Translations under genes and position numbers: made by a program
The notes under the pieces: generated by a model
What the model was told of the DNA's origin: nothing
Database searches by the model: none
What the model saw: the letters and a program-made list of their open reading frames with translations, nothing else
NCBI RefSeq assembly: GCF_036321535.1
Contig: NC_087436.1
Location: forward strand, 66,652,001-66,716,000
Origin: Camelus dromedarius
Taxonomy: Eukaryota
Length of the DNA stretch: 64,000 nt
Direction: 5' to 3'
Part shown: piece by piece, positions 52,040 through 63,454 of the stretch
How positions within the stretch are numbered: position 1 is the first letter of the stretch
Layout: every line of letters starts with the position of its first letter

Positions 52040-54515
52040 AAGTTGTTCTCTCATTGAACACTTGTGTGTCAGGTATTTACCTAGATATTGAGATAATAGC
52101 AATAAGCAAAGCAGATACAATCTTTGTTTGGGAATTTACATCCTAGTAGTTGAAACAGACAATAGACACACAAAAAAACCACATACATGAATTAAAGTAG
52201 TAATGAACTCTGTGTTGGTAAATAAAGTAGGGTAATACTATAGTCATGTGGAGTGAGGCGAGAAGATGTTTGAGCAGAAACCTGATGAAGGAGAACTATG
52301 GAATATCTGTGGGGAAAAGTAGTCCAAGAAGAGGGAATAGAGAGCAGTGAGGGGAACTTGGCACCCTTGAGCTACTGCAGGAGGACCAGGCCGATATGAC
52401 GAGAATCACGTGAAGGAGATAAAAAACGAAACACACACACAAAGATAGGAGATAGAATCAGAGAACTAGGACATACTCTAATCAGAGTTCTGTCAGACAT
52501 ATTTAAAAGTTGGATTTTGGAACAGAAAGCTAGAGTTTGAACAGTAGGCTAACGGGATGCAATTTAACCTTTCAAAAAACAGTTCAGATCACTTTATGAA
52601 GAATGTACTTAGGGGAGTAAGAACAGAAGCAAGAAGGTCAGTTAGGTGGTGTCTTGTGCAATAGAAAGGGACGTGATGAGAAATGGTCAAATTTGGAACA
52701 TATTTTGGATGTGGAGCAAGAAGAGAGAAGCAGGCTTTGGTGCACAAAGGATCAAAGTTCTGTTTTAGAATTTAGAACTTAGTCAAAATTATAATGCCTT
52801 TTAGTCATCTAAATAGAGCTGTCAGGAAGACAGCTGAATATGTCTGTAACTGAAAGAGTGGAGGCAAATGCTTTGGAGCTGGTGGCACAGGTGATGCAGA
52901 AATTATTTACAGTTAGGAAACTGGGTGTGGATTGAGTTTAGATTGGGCATGGATAAAAAGTACAAAAGGAACCCTGGATACTTTAAGAACTATGAGTCTG
53001 CTCTGGAGGCAAAGGGAACAAGTGTTTCAGGAAAAAGATTTTAATATTTCAGAAGTTGAGTAAGAGGACGACTAAAAGTGACTATTGCATTTGTCAATAT
53101 GGACGTCAATACTATTCATGAACTTGACAGAATAAGCATGATTGGAGTGGGTGAAGGAAAGCTTGTCAATTGGTAAAATGCAACACTTATTGCAGAAAAT
53201 CATTGTAAAAATTTTTGCTACGTAATGAAGAATAAGAATTGGAGCAGTAACTGGAGAGAGCTGAAAGATCGAAGGCCATTTATGGAGAATGTTACTGTAT
53301 GTTTGTATCCTTATGAAAATGACATAATAGAGTGATAGCATTGTTGTAGAGACAGGAGTTTATCTTTGGGGAAAAAGATTCTTAACTGGGTGAGGGAATG
53401 AGAGTGAATCAACTGGACGAAGGCAATAAGATTGCTAGGCAATGCTATGAACCCACTTGAACTTTGTGATACTAAATATGAAGTGATTCCATTGACAGTG
53501 GCCCAATTTTCCTCACTCAGTTTCTACAGGCAATAGAAGACACAGAGTAAAATTAAATGGGTTGCAGTTTTGCCAAATGAGTAAGATAGAGGGAGTTGGG
53601 GCAAATAATTTCAGGGTGTTTATAAGCGTGATTATATGATTATAGTGATGGATTATTGCATCTAAGTTGGAAAAGAAAATTTTGAGATGTTAATTGGAAT
53701 TGAAAATGAGACTGTTAAAGAATGATAAATTAAAAATTTCTAATGATGACAGTGGGTAGGGAGACTGAGCTGGAAATAATAGAGATGATGGCCAGAGAAG
53801 AGACTGATTTGATAACAGGTTGGTGGATATACCATTATACATAGTAGGAGTCGTGATATTAGTCTGGGAGTTGGTGGGAGAGGTAAGTTAGAGGTAAAGT
53901 CATTGACAATGATGAAAATTTTAAAAATTAGGGGAAATCGTTTGCTTGGTACAGTCTGGTACCCCAGGAGGGCAGGCTGAACTCTAGTCTGCTCTACCTC
54001 CAACTCTGGGCTCTGGACAGAGGCTGATCTCAATCTGAGAAAAAGACTCCTTTTTAAATTTATCTGCCCAAAGGGAGTGCCCTTGTTGAAATTCATACAC
54101 ACAGAAAAAGCCTTTTAAAATAACTTGAACCAAAGTACTCTGTGTTACTGGGCCCTGGTTTGAAATCACCAAAGGTATAGTATAGCAGTAAGGTCTTAAA
54201 ATTGTCAAGGAATAAGAAGAACTGATAGGAAGCTTTGCACATGACCACAACCAAACGGGAGTGGACAGTGTGCTCTGTTGGCATCGGCTTCAGACAGATT
54301 GGGATTTTAGCTTAAAGAGGAGAGAAAAGCAGTGGTCTGGAAGAGATATAAGATGCAAGGAAGACATCTCTCTGCCTACAGGTCCTGCAGGTGTAAAATC
54401 ATCTACCATATGATAGGGCTGCCAGGAAAGCCATGTCTTGAGGTAAGAGCAGATTTCAATTAGATCAAGAAGACAAAGATTTGTTTCAGAGAACAGTTTG
54501 TACTGTGGCTTTACC
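52040..54515 (-). mobile_element. Long decayed LINE-2 (3' end through ORF2 remnants)
   Basis: Begins with antisense L2 tail cattgaacacttgtgtgtcagg...atttacatcctagt; purine-rich body; minus-strand ORF 53740-54102 contains IMVYPP, resembling the APE-domain VIYRPP motif. Confidence 0.75.
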
Positions 54516-54519
54516 ATTA

Positions 54520-54675
54520 ATGTGTGTCATTTGCTAGTAACTGAAATTCTTTGTGCCTCAGTTGTTCACCTGTAATATAAGAATGATATAAATTGTCAGA
54601 TTGCTGTGAGGGTTTAAAAAGAGAATATGCACAAAGCACATAAAAGGTTTCCTAACACAGAGCACACACTTAGAC
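54520..54675 (+). mobile_element. MIR SINE
   Basis: tgtgcctcagttgttcacctgtaatat...ttgctgtgagggtttaaa...cctaacacag. Confidence 0.7.
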
Positions 54676-55399
54676 AGGGCTTGTTATTATTCTTTAGTAA
54701 GTAGTTCTGAGACCGTTGTTGTTGGTATGTGTATGTGAGAGAGATGACGGGGTTGTGATGTGTGGGAGGGCGTGGGTAGTGACAGTCTCACCGTGAGAAC
54801 ACTCACCTGGGGAGGTTCCTTCCTGGGTGGGATATTGATCGTTATTCTGCCCTTCGCTTGTAAAATGCCTCCTGTTTTATGAATGCATGGGTCAAATATA
54901 ATATTCATGATCCACCAAGCTTTTTCAACCTACTCTGCGATTTTTGAAGAAATTTTGCAGATTTTTTTACCCCATCTCATTTTCTTCTTACTCAAGCTTG
55001 TTTATCATCCAGATATTAATAGTGTATCATAGTGGCCCAGCCAAAACCTGACTTCTTAATTCTTTTGTCTTTCATCCTTGAAATTATCCACTTTCAAAAT
55101 CACAAAATCAAACATGTCCACTTATAATAATATTTATACAGGTGGCTTGAGGGCACAGATGGAGATTAGAGGGGAAGTTACCCCACATCACTACCACATC
55201 ACTACCACTTGGGAATAAAGTCTGGGAGACTGGGAAGTACAGCAGATTATTTTAACTCCCTGACCGATCTCTTATTTCAGCCGCATGTGTTGGACAATTC
55301 CAGCTGATTCTGATGGTCTCCCATCTCAAGGATTTAGCATGTTTCTCTTCACTTTTCTGCAATGAGGGGCTAGTAGCTGTTCAACAAGCGTTTGGCACT

Positions 55400-55740
55400 A
55401 GATGGGGCAGGAATCAAGCCCTGATTTGTAGCATTTGCTCATTTCCCTGGTGTAAATATTCCCACCATGGACAGTTTCAAGCTACAGCCTGATGTTCCGA
55501 ATGCATTTCTGGGAAGAGAGATGCAGTAGCACTCCATTATATTAGTATTCCACTGTACAGATAATAGACAAATAATCACAAGAGTGTCGGTAATAGAAAA
55601 TAATTAGGACAAGATGGATTTTGAGTATTAATTACTTTCATTTTCCATATAATTTATTTAATTATAAATTTATGGAATTTAATTTTTAATGATGGCTGAG
55701 TTTTACAAGAGGCTCTCCAAATTCCTGGAAGATTTCTGTC
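55400..55740. mobile_element. MER63-like hAT-Blackjack element
   Basis: gccctgatttgtagcatttgc...gtgtaaatattcccaccatgg...tttcaagcta...tttaatttttaatgatggctg. Confidence 0.65.
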
Positions 55741-55744
55741 ACAG

Positions 55745-56085
55745 GGCTATCCGAAGGCCATGGCCTTCTTCAGAGTTGTAATGGACTGCCCCATGTGCAC
55801 ACCCATGCAGCTTTGACACCCCCAGGAGCGAGCCTCAATGAATATCGACACGACTCACTAAAGAGGTGCCCCAACACCCCATGCCTCATCCCCAGGCAAT
55901 TTTTCACACTTCTCGGCGATTGCAGCTGAAACCTCAGTGATGCACCCACCTTGACGCTTGTCTTCTTCTCCTGTCTCACTTTCCTGGCTCATCCGCCTTT
56001 GATTTCTAGGAATCTTATAAATAAGTGAGCTGCAACCATGACTTTGACCCAAGCTATGTTTTGGAGAAAACCAAAAAAACGAAGA
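55745..56085 (+). mobile_element. ERVL LTR (LTR16-like), probable 5' LTR of a decayed provirus
   Basis: ttcttctcctgtctcactttcct...aataagtgagctgca...aagctatgttttggagaaaaccaaa resembles the LTR16/LTR33 3' end. Confidence 0.5.
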
Positions 56086-56089
56086 AGCT

Positions 56090-59020
56090 AAAACTGGAGA
56101 TGTTCGTAGTCAGCAACCATTCAGAATGAGCTTTGGGAACTAGGTCACTGCCGTAAAATACAGTTGTCTGAAAGCTGAACTGCTTCTCTGTCTTATCTAT
56201 AAGGATGCCTGGAAGTCTGATACTGACTCTAGGCCAAGATAAGGAGGAGACGGGCTAGCTAGTCATTGATAGTGACCTATTTAATGTTAGAAACTCCCCA
56301 GCAGCCAAAGACACCTTTTTTATATTATTTAGGGACGTGTAGATGGACGACTCATACCTGGTGAAACCAGTTAGCAGCTGGCTTGAATATATATCCAGTG
56401 GAGCAAAAAAGACCCTACTGGAAACATTTGCCCTAGCTCTCCTGTAGCCAAGACTCCTCAAATATGTCTTGGCAATCCAGAGTTAAAGAGCACCCTGTGT
56501 GATTGAAAAGGACTTTGGAGAGCTGTGCCTGGAAGTTTCTTGGGTCCCATATACTTACCTGCATTTTATTTCTACTGGTCTGTTCACAATCTTTCAGCTT
56601 CATTAAAGCCTTTTGTTTAGTGAGTCATTTCAGTTATCTGACCCAAGTTATTATGGCAGTCTCCAGTCATTGGAACATGACACGGATCCCTTTGCTGGTG
56701 GTACATGGCGTGCTGCACCATCACAATTACTCAGATTCTCCTCTTAGCTGATTTAAGGTAGGTACAGACAAAATGGAAACACTGGACTACGCAGGCGTTC
56801 TGGCATCTGATTGGTGTGATGTGCTACTGGGCAGTGGTAGAGACTGATGATGAGTGACTTCATGACTTAACAGAGCTTCCTGGTGTTATCAGTTCTGTTA
56901 ACTCATAAGGCCCAGTGGGTGTAGCAGCAATCCATCATGCAACAGTAAAAGTACATTTTGGATCAAGTACCAGCATATCCAGTGGACCTTCATCAGTTTC
57001 ATGAAGTGGTGGCATGGCCCCCCATGTTTACCCATGTGGTAGAATGAATGATATCTCTCTCTCAGCTCACACTTACGATTCAAAGGGGTATGATCCCCAT
57101 GACCAACTGGGGACTGAGGGAGAATTGGGGGTCTGTTTCACAAATTGTGTCGCTGGTTGTGTTGGTGTTAGCTAAAACTGGAGCACTGCTGCTTCCACTA
57201 CAGGTGCACTACACTACTGGTGCACTTGCCCGTAACCTTGGAAAAATGGAGAAAGCACCTGGAACCAATATACACAGGGTCTGGATAGTGGTGAAAGCTT
57301 GGTAGGTCAGCGTAAGGGTGTGGACAGGCAAATTGGAGAGTTAGAACCAGGGACATCTATAGAAGTGACATGCTGATTTTTTGGCTATATGAGAATGAGC
57401 ACATGGTAAGAGAATGTTTGTATTTCACACTAATACCCACCACAGAGCATCCAATGCAGAAAAGACGCACAAAAGCCAGGTGTGCATGATGACCTACCAG
57501 GTAGAGGTCAGCTAACACTCTCTGGGGCTTCTCTAGTGCTCGTGCCGCAAGTTTATGAGTGGGGTAGTCATGGTGACGGGGATTTCAGTTCCGCAGGGGC
57601 CAGCAGCATTGCCCCCTTTACAAGGCCAGTTGAGCCACTGCTTTTCTGGCAGTTAGTGCTTGATGTCAGACTGACCACTTGGTACCAAATTCATCCCTTC
57701 AGACACCTTTTCCCCTTTGACACCTATGTCAGATATGGGTTCACCTATCCTGATTATGGTGTCTCTGCCAGAACTGTTAAGGGAGTGTCGATAGTATATA
57801 TGCCTGACTTACTGCATTGAATGCCACATCACAGAATCTCAAACCAAGGATGCATTTTGTAGTGAAGAATTTGTGACTGTGAAGGGACAGTCACAGACCC
57901 ACTGATCCCACCATATGCTCATCACGCTGAAGTAGTCAGTCAAATAGAACCCTGGAATGCCCTCATTTAAGGCATCAGTTGGGAAATGAAACGCTGCAAA
58001 GTTATGGTGCTGTCTTCTAGGATGAAGTATTTGTGATAATTCAGGAACTAACCCATGCTGCTTTATAAACAACAGCTAGAATATCTGGGTCCAGGTTTAA
58101 AGTAAGGTTTGTCATCAGACTCAGTGACTGTTATGGACTGAGCTGTTCCCGCCCCAAATTCATATGTCAAAGTCCTGACCCTGAGTATCTTAGAATGTGA
58201 CTGTATTTGGAGACAGGGTCTTTAAAGAGGTAATTAAGTTAAAATGAGGTTGTAAAGTGGGCCTAATCCACTTATAATGAACTGATGTCCTTATAAGAAG
58301 AGAAGATTAGGACACACCCAGAGGGATGACCATGTGAAGACAAAGGGAGGAGAAGATGGCCATCTACAAGCTGAGGAGAGTGGCCTCGGAAGAAACCACC
58401 CTTGCAGACACCTTGATCTTGGACCTCTAGCCTCCAGCATCATGAAAACACAAATTCCTACTGCTTAAGCCACCCCATCTGTGGTACTTTGTCATGGCAG
58501 TCCTCGCAAACCTATACAGTGACCAACTTACAGAATTTACATTTTCCATGTTTGCTTCTTGGTTTCTGCTGCATTGCACGTGCTGGTTTGGGAGTGGAAG
58601 GAAATGTATCCTCTACTGAATCTGAGTTTTGATTACTGAATCAACAAACAAATGAATTATTACGTTGACAGGCATAACTGACCCTCATTATCATAAGGAG
58701 CTAGGATTGTCCTTACATAATGGGAACAAAGGGAAATGTGTCAAACTTAAAGAAGTCACGAGGGATTTTCCCCAGGCTTCTGGCTTTTGAATAGGCAATT
58801 GCAGCAACCAGAGTGTGAAAAGACCAAGGCAATCAAGGGCTCAGAGCACTCAGAGTTGACAGTTGGCCCCCTAATCAGACAAGCAAACTTGACTGGCTGC
58901 AATGCTTACAGAGAGTGAAGGAAAACTAGAATGGGTGGTGGAGGGTAAAAATGAGTATCATTGATGTTTTCAGGTGTAGTTGCAGCAGCTTGTTTCTTCT
59001 GTGTTATATCCTGTTTTAGA
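56090..59020 (+). mobile_element. Decayed ERVL internal region (ERV3-16A3-like) with RNase H and integrase remnants
   Basis: ORF 57482-57820 contains DTYVRYGFTYP (ERVL integrase DTYSGYGFAFP-like); downstream catcacgctgaagtagtcagtcaaatagaaccctggaatgccctc encodes HHAEVVSQIEPWNAL (HHPEAAGLIERWNGL-like); many stops and frameshifts. Confidence 0.8.
58129..58518 (+). mobile_element. MaLR MLT1B-like solo LTR nested in the ERVL internal region
   Basis: tgttatggactga...gtatttggagacagggtctttaaagaggtaattaagttaaaatgagg...aaacctataca; TG/CA termini; perfect 5-bp TSD gtgac at 58124-58128 and 58519-58523. Confidence 0.93.
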
Positions 59021-59026
59021 GATTAT

Positions 59027-59103
59027 TCCAGAAATTGACACAACACTGTAAACTGACTATACTTCAGTTAAAAAATATATATATATATTTATATATATAT
59101 AAG
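59027..59103 (+). mobile_element. L1 3' tip micro-insertion with AT-repeat tail
   Basis: ccagaaattgacacaacactgtaaactgactatacttcagttaaaaa(at)n; TSD agagattat at 59018-59026 and 59104-59112. Confidence 0.88.
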
Positions 59104-59132
59104 AGAGATTATAGTTTGCTGCTTCCCTGTAA

Positions 59133-60016
59133 CAGAGCTGGTTACATGATTTGTGGGGCCCAATGCAAAATGAAAATGCAAAACTCCTTGTTCAAAAAGC
59201 AGAAAGAAAATGCTGTTAAATATACTAAACTGTAGTTCAAAATTTTTTTCTTTCTTCCTTTTAATCTCCTTCTTGACCAGTCAGGGTGTTTTAAATTTGC
59301 TATTTAATGTCATGTTCCCTCCAGTGAGGAGGTACTCCAGGGAGAGTGCAGATCTTCACAGATGCCCAGGATATCCCCTCAACTCAGCATTTGCATGAGT
59401 GGCCATTAGGTTGTCAGGCTGGCCCTTCTGCCAGCTGCAGGACAGACACATTATGCAGATCAGGTGGAGAATGTGAGTGGGGAGTCAATGTCCCTTTTCC
59501 AGGGGCTCACAGCTCCAACCCGTGATGAATGGGTGACCCCCACAGGATTGCAACCTCTATGTTGGGAAGCACTAGGTATCTGGATTACTGATCGGCTTGA
59601 GGCTTGTCCTTGCCTAGTTGCCTGCCATGATGCTGGTGGCCAGGACCAGGACTGCAGTTGTCACAGTCCACTACAAGACACTGTGGGGGATGTGGCCCAT
59701 TGCCAACCCTTCCTGCCCAGGCTGCTGTGGGGGTCAAATGGGGATGGTGGAACAAGGACCCCTCGCCATGGATGTGACCTGGTTGCTAAGGGAAAGGGAG
59801 GTCTAGTAGCCATAGTCTATGGCCAGGGTGGGTCTGGGAATTTAGGCACTTGTGGTGCTAATGGGAGGGAAGCAGGCAGTCTAGCCACTCCAGGGGAGGT
59901 GCTGAGAGGTGGGGCAGTTCAGAAGCCAGGATCCAAGTACCCTCCTTCCCCATTGCCCCACCCTCACACACACACACATGCTTCATTGTTCCATCAGATT
60001 TCACTTATAAAACACA
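59133..60016 (+). mobile_element. FordPrefect-like hAT-Tip100 DNA transposon fossil
   Basis: Start cagagctggttacatgatttgtggggcccaatgcaaaatgaaaatgc; GC-rich CpG-decayed body; cttcattgttccatcagatttcacttataaaacaca near the end. Confidence 0.65.
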
Positions 60017-60059
60017 GGATCCTGGGAAGAAATAAAGTCCTCGGTGTCTACAGGATTAT

Positions 60060-60180
60060 CATTTTGGCTTTTCCTCCTTTTTCTTTCCTCACTCTGGCTT
60101 TCTGGAATCATCTTCCAAATGACTCATGTACCCAAGGCTTTGCCTCAGCCACTGCTTTCAGAGAATGCATATTAAAATGT
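60060..60180 (+). mobile_element. ERVL LTR 3' end (LTR16-like), probable 3' LTR remnant
   Basis: tttctggaatcatcttccaaat...gtacccaaggctttgcctcagccactgctttcagagaa. Confidence 0.5.
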
Positions 60181-60929
60181 TGTGGAGGGTGGGGGACAGA
60201 ATGAGCAGCTAGTTCCTCTACGTCCTTTCCCATTTTACCTTCAATCATTCTCCAGTGGTTTAGCAATAATTCCCAGGAATTTGATTATGTGAATTGCAGA
60301 GTTTTGAATGAAACTCCCAAAACATTGGTGGGACTTTGAGAAACTGGGGAAATGAAAGTGTAATGTCACAGCTGCAGTTTCTTGTCTTCCAAAAAGTGGA
60401 GCACATAAACCTTTATCCCCCACCTCCAACCTTCTTTGAATTTTCTTTTTATTCTTTATTCTGGTATTCTAGGAGAGTCTCATGAATGATCCCTTTAATT
60501 CCAGAGGTACACAGTAAATAAACAAACCACATTTGGGATGAAATCTTTGAGGTAATTGTGGAGTTTTCACCTTTGAAGCCCAGTGTTCTCTTGATAATGT
60601 AGATTGATGGCCATGCCTTTTTGAGTCAGTGTTTTGTCAATAAAAATTGTGTTGATCTTTTTCAGAGAAATGGTTCTTTTCCAGATATAGATTGGAACTG
60701 CACTGTGTGGCAGGCTGATGCTTATTTGTGTAGACATGAATGTTTTCATATTTGAACAGTCACTGAGACCAGAGCTGAGATCCAGGGTCCTGCAGATAAG
60801 CAGTGAAAGCTTGGTCTCCGTTTTGGGGCAGAGAAATAACCAGGAAAAGAACTAGGCTAGATTTGTTGAAGCTCACTCTCATCCACAGGATAGAACATTT
60901 TATATTCATTTTAATCATGGGAAGCAGCC

Positions 60930-61200
60930 ACTTAGCCACTCAAGTCAGATATGGACTCATCCTTCTCTTTTCCTAAACAGATGGCATCAATCCATCCATG
61001 TGTCCTGTGGATTCTACCTCTTTAAGTTCTTTCTTATTAATTCCTTCCTTTCTATTAGCACCCCTCCCCCCAGAGTATGTCCTGGTTTAAGCATTTCTCA
61101 TTTACCTCACTTACTGCAGCTCTATGCTAATTGGTTCTCTTGACTTGATGTTTGCCGTCTCTAAGTCATCCTCCCACAGAATAACCTGTAAGACTGTCAG
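60930..61200 (+). mobile_element. LINE-2 fragment
   Basis: catcaatccatccatgtgtcctgtggattctacctc...ttactgcagctct. Confidence 0.55.
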
Positions 61201-61210
61201 TTCTCCAGAT

Positions 61211-61407
61211 CAGTGTTGTTGAAAAGAATTTCTGCAATGATAGGCCTGTTGCATATCTGCAGTGTCTCTTAGGATGACGACTAGCCACATGTGAGCACTT
61301 GAAATATGGCTAATGAGATGGAAGAATTAAATTTTTAATTTTAATTAATTCAAATCTAAAATTAAATAGCCACATTTGGCTAGGGGCCACCATATTGGAC
61401 AGTACAC
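61211..61407. mobile_element. MER3-like hAT-Charlie MITE
   Basis: tttctgcaatgat...ctagccacatgtgagcacttgaaatatggcta...tagccacatttggctaggggccaccatattggacag; TSD ctccagat versus ctctagaa (6 of 8). Confidence 0.82.
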
Positions 61408-61829
61408 CTCTAGAATGTAAACTCCATGAAGAAGCCTTTCCTTAGCCATCTGAGATTGACTCTTCCTTCTTTCTTCTTCCTAAAACCCCATGTGCACATG
61501 ATGCTTTAGTGTACTTAATTTCTTTATTGATCTGTCTCACTTGATAACTCACAGCTTCTTGAAGTCATGAGTCTTATCCTGGAAATCACAATAAACCAAC
61601 AGTACCCTCAATAGCAATAATTGGAAACAACACCACTTACCTCCTCTCTGACGTTCCTGCTTTAGTCTCCAAAAAGATTCTGGGGGAAGATTATATAACC
61701 TATTGCAGAAAACCTAACATTCACTGGATCACATCATGTGTACTAATATGAGGGCTTACTTTGCCTCAAGAATTAGTGACAAAGAAACACATCTTGACCA
61801 GGCTTTGGGGCAGCCTTCTAGAAAAAGGA

Positions 61830-62290
61830 TTGATGACTGTGCCTATGCTGATCCAAGAATGGGGCTGGGTGATAGGGACACAGCACTCAGCAAAAGAGAC
61901 CTGATTTCTGCTTTTATTGAGCTTATATTCCAAAGGGGAAGAAAAGAATAAACAAACAATGACATAGACAACTGAAACAACTATATATTTAGAAGTTTCT
62001 TTGAAGAAAGATGGGGCATGGTGTGATAATTTTAGACAAGCTGAGTGAGTAACCAGGCAGACATTTAATCAGAGACCTTAAGAATAATGAACCCTATTGT
62101 AAAATGATTATAAATCAATAAAAAATGTTAAAAAAAAAAAAAAGAATAATGAGCCCTACAAAATGCAGGGGAAGGAGTGTTCCTGGTGTAGGAAAGAGCA
62201 CATACAATGATCCTGAGGTAGACAGTAGCTTGCAGATCTATGCGACAAGAGCAAAAAGAGTACAAGAGCAAAAAAAGAGTGAGGGAAGTA
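61830..62290 (-). mobile_element. LINE-2 fragment
   Basis: gggacacagcactcagcaaaagagacctgatttctgcttttattgagcttatattcca...gaaggagtgttcctggtgtagg. Confidence 0.75.
62097..62141 (+). mobile_element. L1 3' tip micro-insertion (45 bp) inside L2
   Basis: ttgtaaaatgattataaatcaataaaaaatgtt followed by poly-A; 17-bp TSD aagaataatga(a/g)cccta at 62080-62096 and 62142-62158; target TT/AAGA. Confidence 0.88.
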
Positions 62291-62317
62291 CTTATAGCAA
62301 ATGTATTCTTGTCCGTA

Positions 62318-62440
62318 GTTATTACAGATGAAGAGGCTGAGGCTGGAGATGTGCACCAACTTTCCCAAAGTCACACAGCTAGTAAGTGACAGAGCCAGGT
62401 TTTGTGCTACGTCTATAGCCCAGGGGTCTGAATGTCTAAC
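62318..62440 (-). mobile_element. MIR SINE
   Basis: ttacagatgaagaggctgaggct...cccaaagtcacacagctagtaagtgacagagccagg (MIR core). Confidence 0.85.
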
Positions 62441-63432
62441 ATAAAAAGTGCTGAAATGAATGAGAAGATGAATAAGTGAATGTTGGAAAAGGGACCTATA
62501 TGAACTATTAAAACTCATCTGATCAGCCAAAATATCAAAACTAGTTCTGGTAATAGGAACATTCCTTAAGGTAATAGTCATGTGAATGTGTGAACGCTAG
62601 CCACTAAAGTGATACAGGCATGTATTGCCACCAGCTGGGAATAAACTTTGAGTTTAGGTTTAAGAAATAAATTTGTGCTAAAAATCCTGTTGTGAAAGCA
62701 AACACATTAGATTTCACATCCATGTAATTTAGTAGTTAGATGACTCCTTACTATTTTTTAAAGCTGTCGTCTATGATAACACCATTGTTTTGGTTACGTA
62801 GTAGAATTTGTCTAGTGTTAGAATAGATTTCCATTTAGTTCATAATAAATAGAAATCAGATTATGTTATCTCTAGATTCGACTATATTATGAAGCTATTA
62901 CCATCAATATATTTTATCCACTGGCCAAAAGATACAAAAAAGTTAATCTTCTGAAAGTAATCTCTCAGAACTACTCCCTAGACTGAACCTTTGGAAAAGT
63001 AAGTGAAAATATTAGGAAAGTCCTATTACAAATTGCTTGCTTACAAATACAAGATGTCACTGACTAAAGGATATTCAACAACTACTTTAAGTCATGATTT
63101 TTAATATTTTGTGGTCAGGTAATCCTTTGAGAATTTAATGATGCTGGTGAGTACTCTCTCCAGAATTCCAGGTTTTGCACTGTTCCCCAATTCTCCAAGG
63201 CTGTCATCCAGAGGCATTAAATAATGTTCACAAGGTTAATAATGCCTGTTTTTGACTGTTGGTTCTAGGTCATTTCTTCAGAAATATCCATGTAAAATTG
63301 TTATATGTGTTTCTTTTATTTCATTTATTCTCCAATTTTCTGAGTCCTACATATATGTACTTCCATTTTTATACCTCTTTTTTTCACACATTACACATAA
63401 CATCCTTAATCTAAAGTTTAGCAAAATGCATC

Positions 63433-63454
63433 TGTGTGTGTGTGTGTGTGTGTG
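63433..63454. repeat. (TG)11 microsatellite
   Basis: Perfect run read directly. Confidence 0.95.

Noticed and set aside
55182..55207. Small tandem duplications (ccacatcacta x2; also near 19868, 21773, 38122, 42513)
   Set aside because: Ordinary slippage-type duplications of 11-20 bp with no array structure
55507..55730. Two GAS motifs (TTCTGGGAA, TTCCTGGAA) in the MER63-like element
   Set aside because: The motif has only six fixed bases and is expected many times by chance in 64 kb
57482..57820. ORF as a domesticated integrase gene
   Set aside because: Only a short stretch resembles integrase; the catalytic region is split by stops and frameshifts
59464..60204. Longest ORF (246 aa) as a novel gene
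   Set aside because: GTG start, lies in a GC-rich hAT fossil and runs through a CA repeat into an LTR remnant; no recognisable domain
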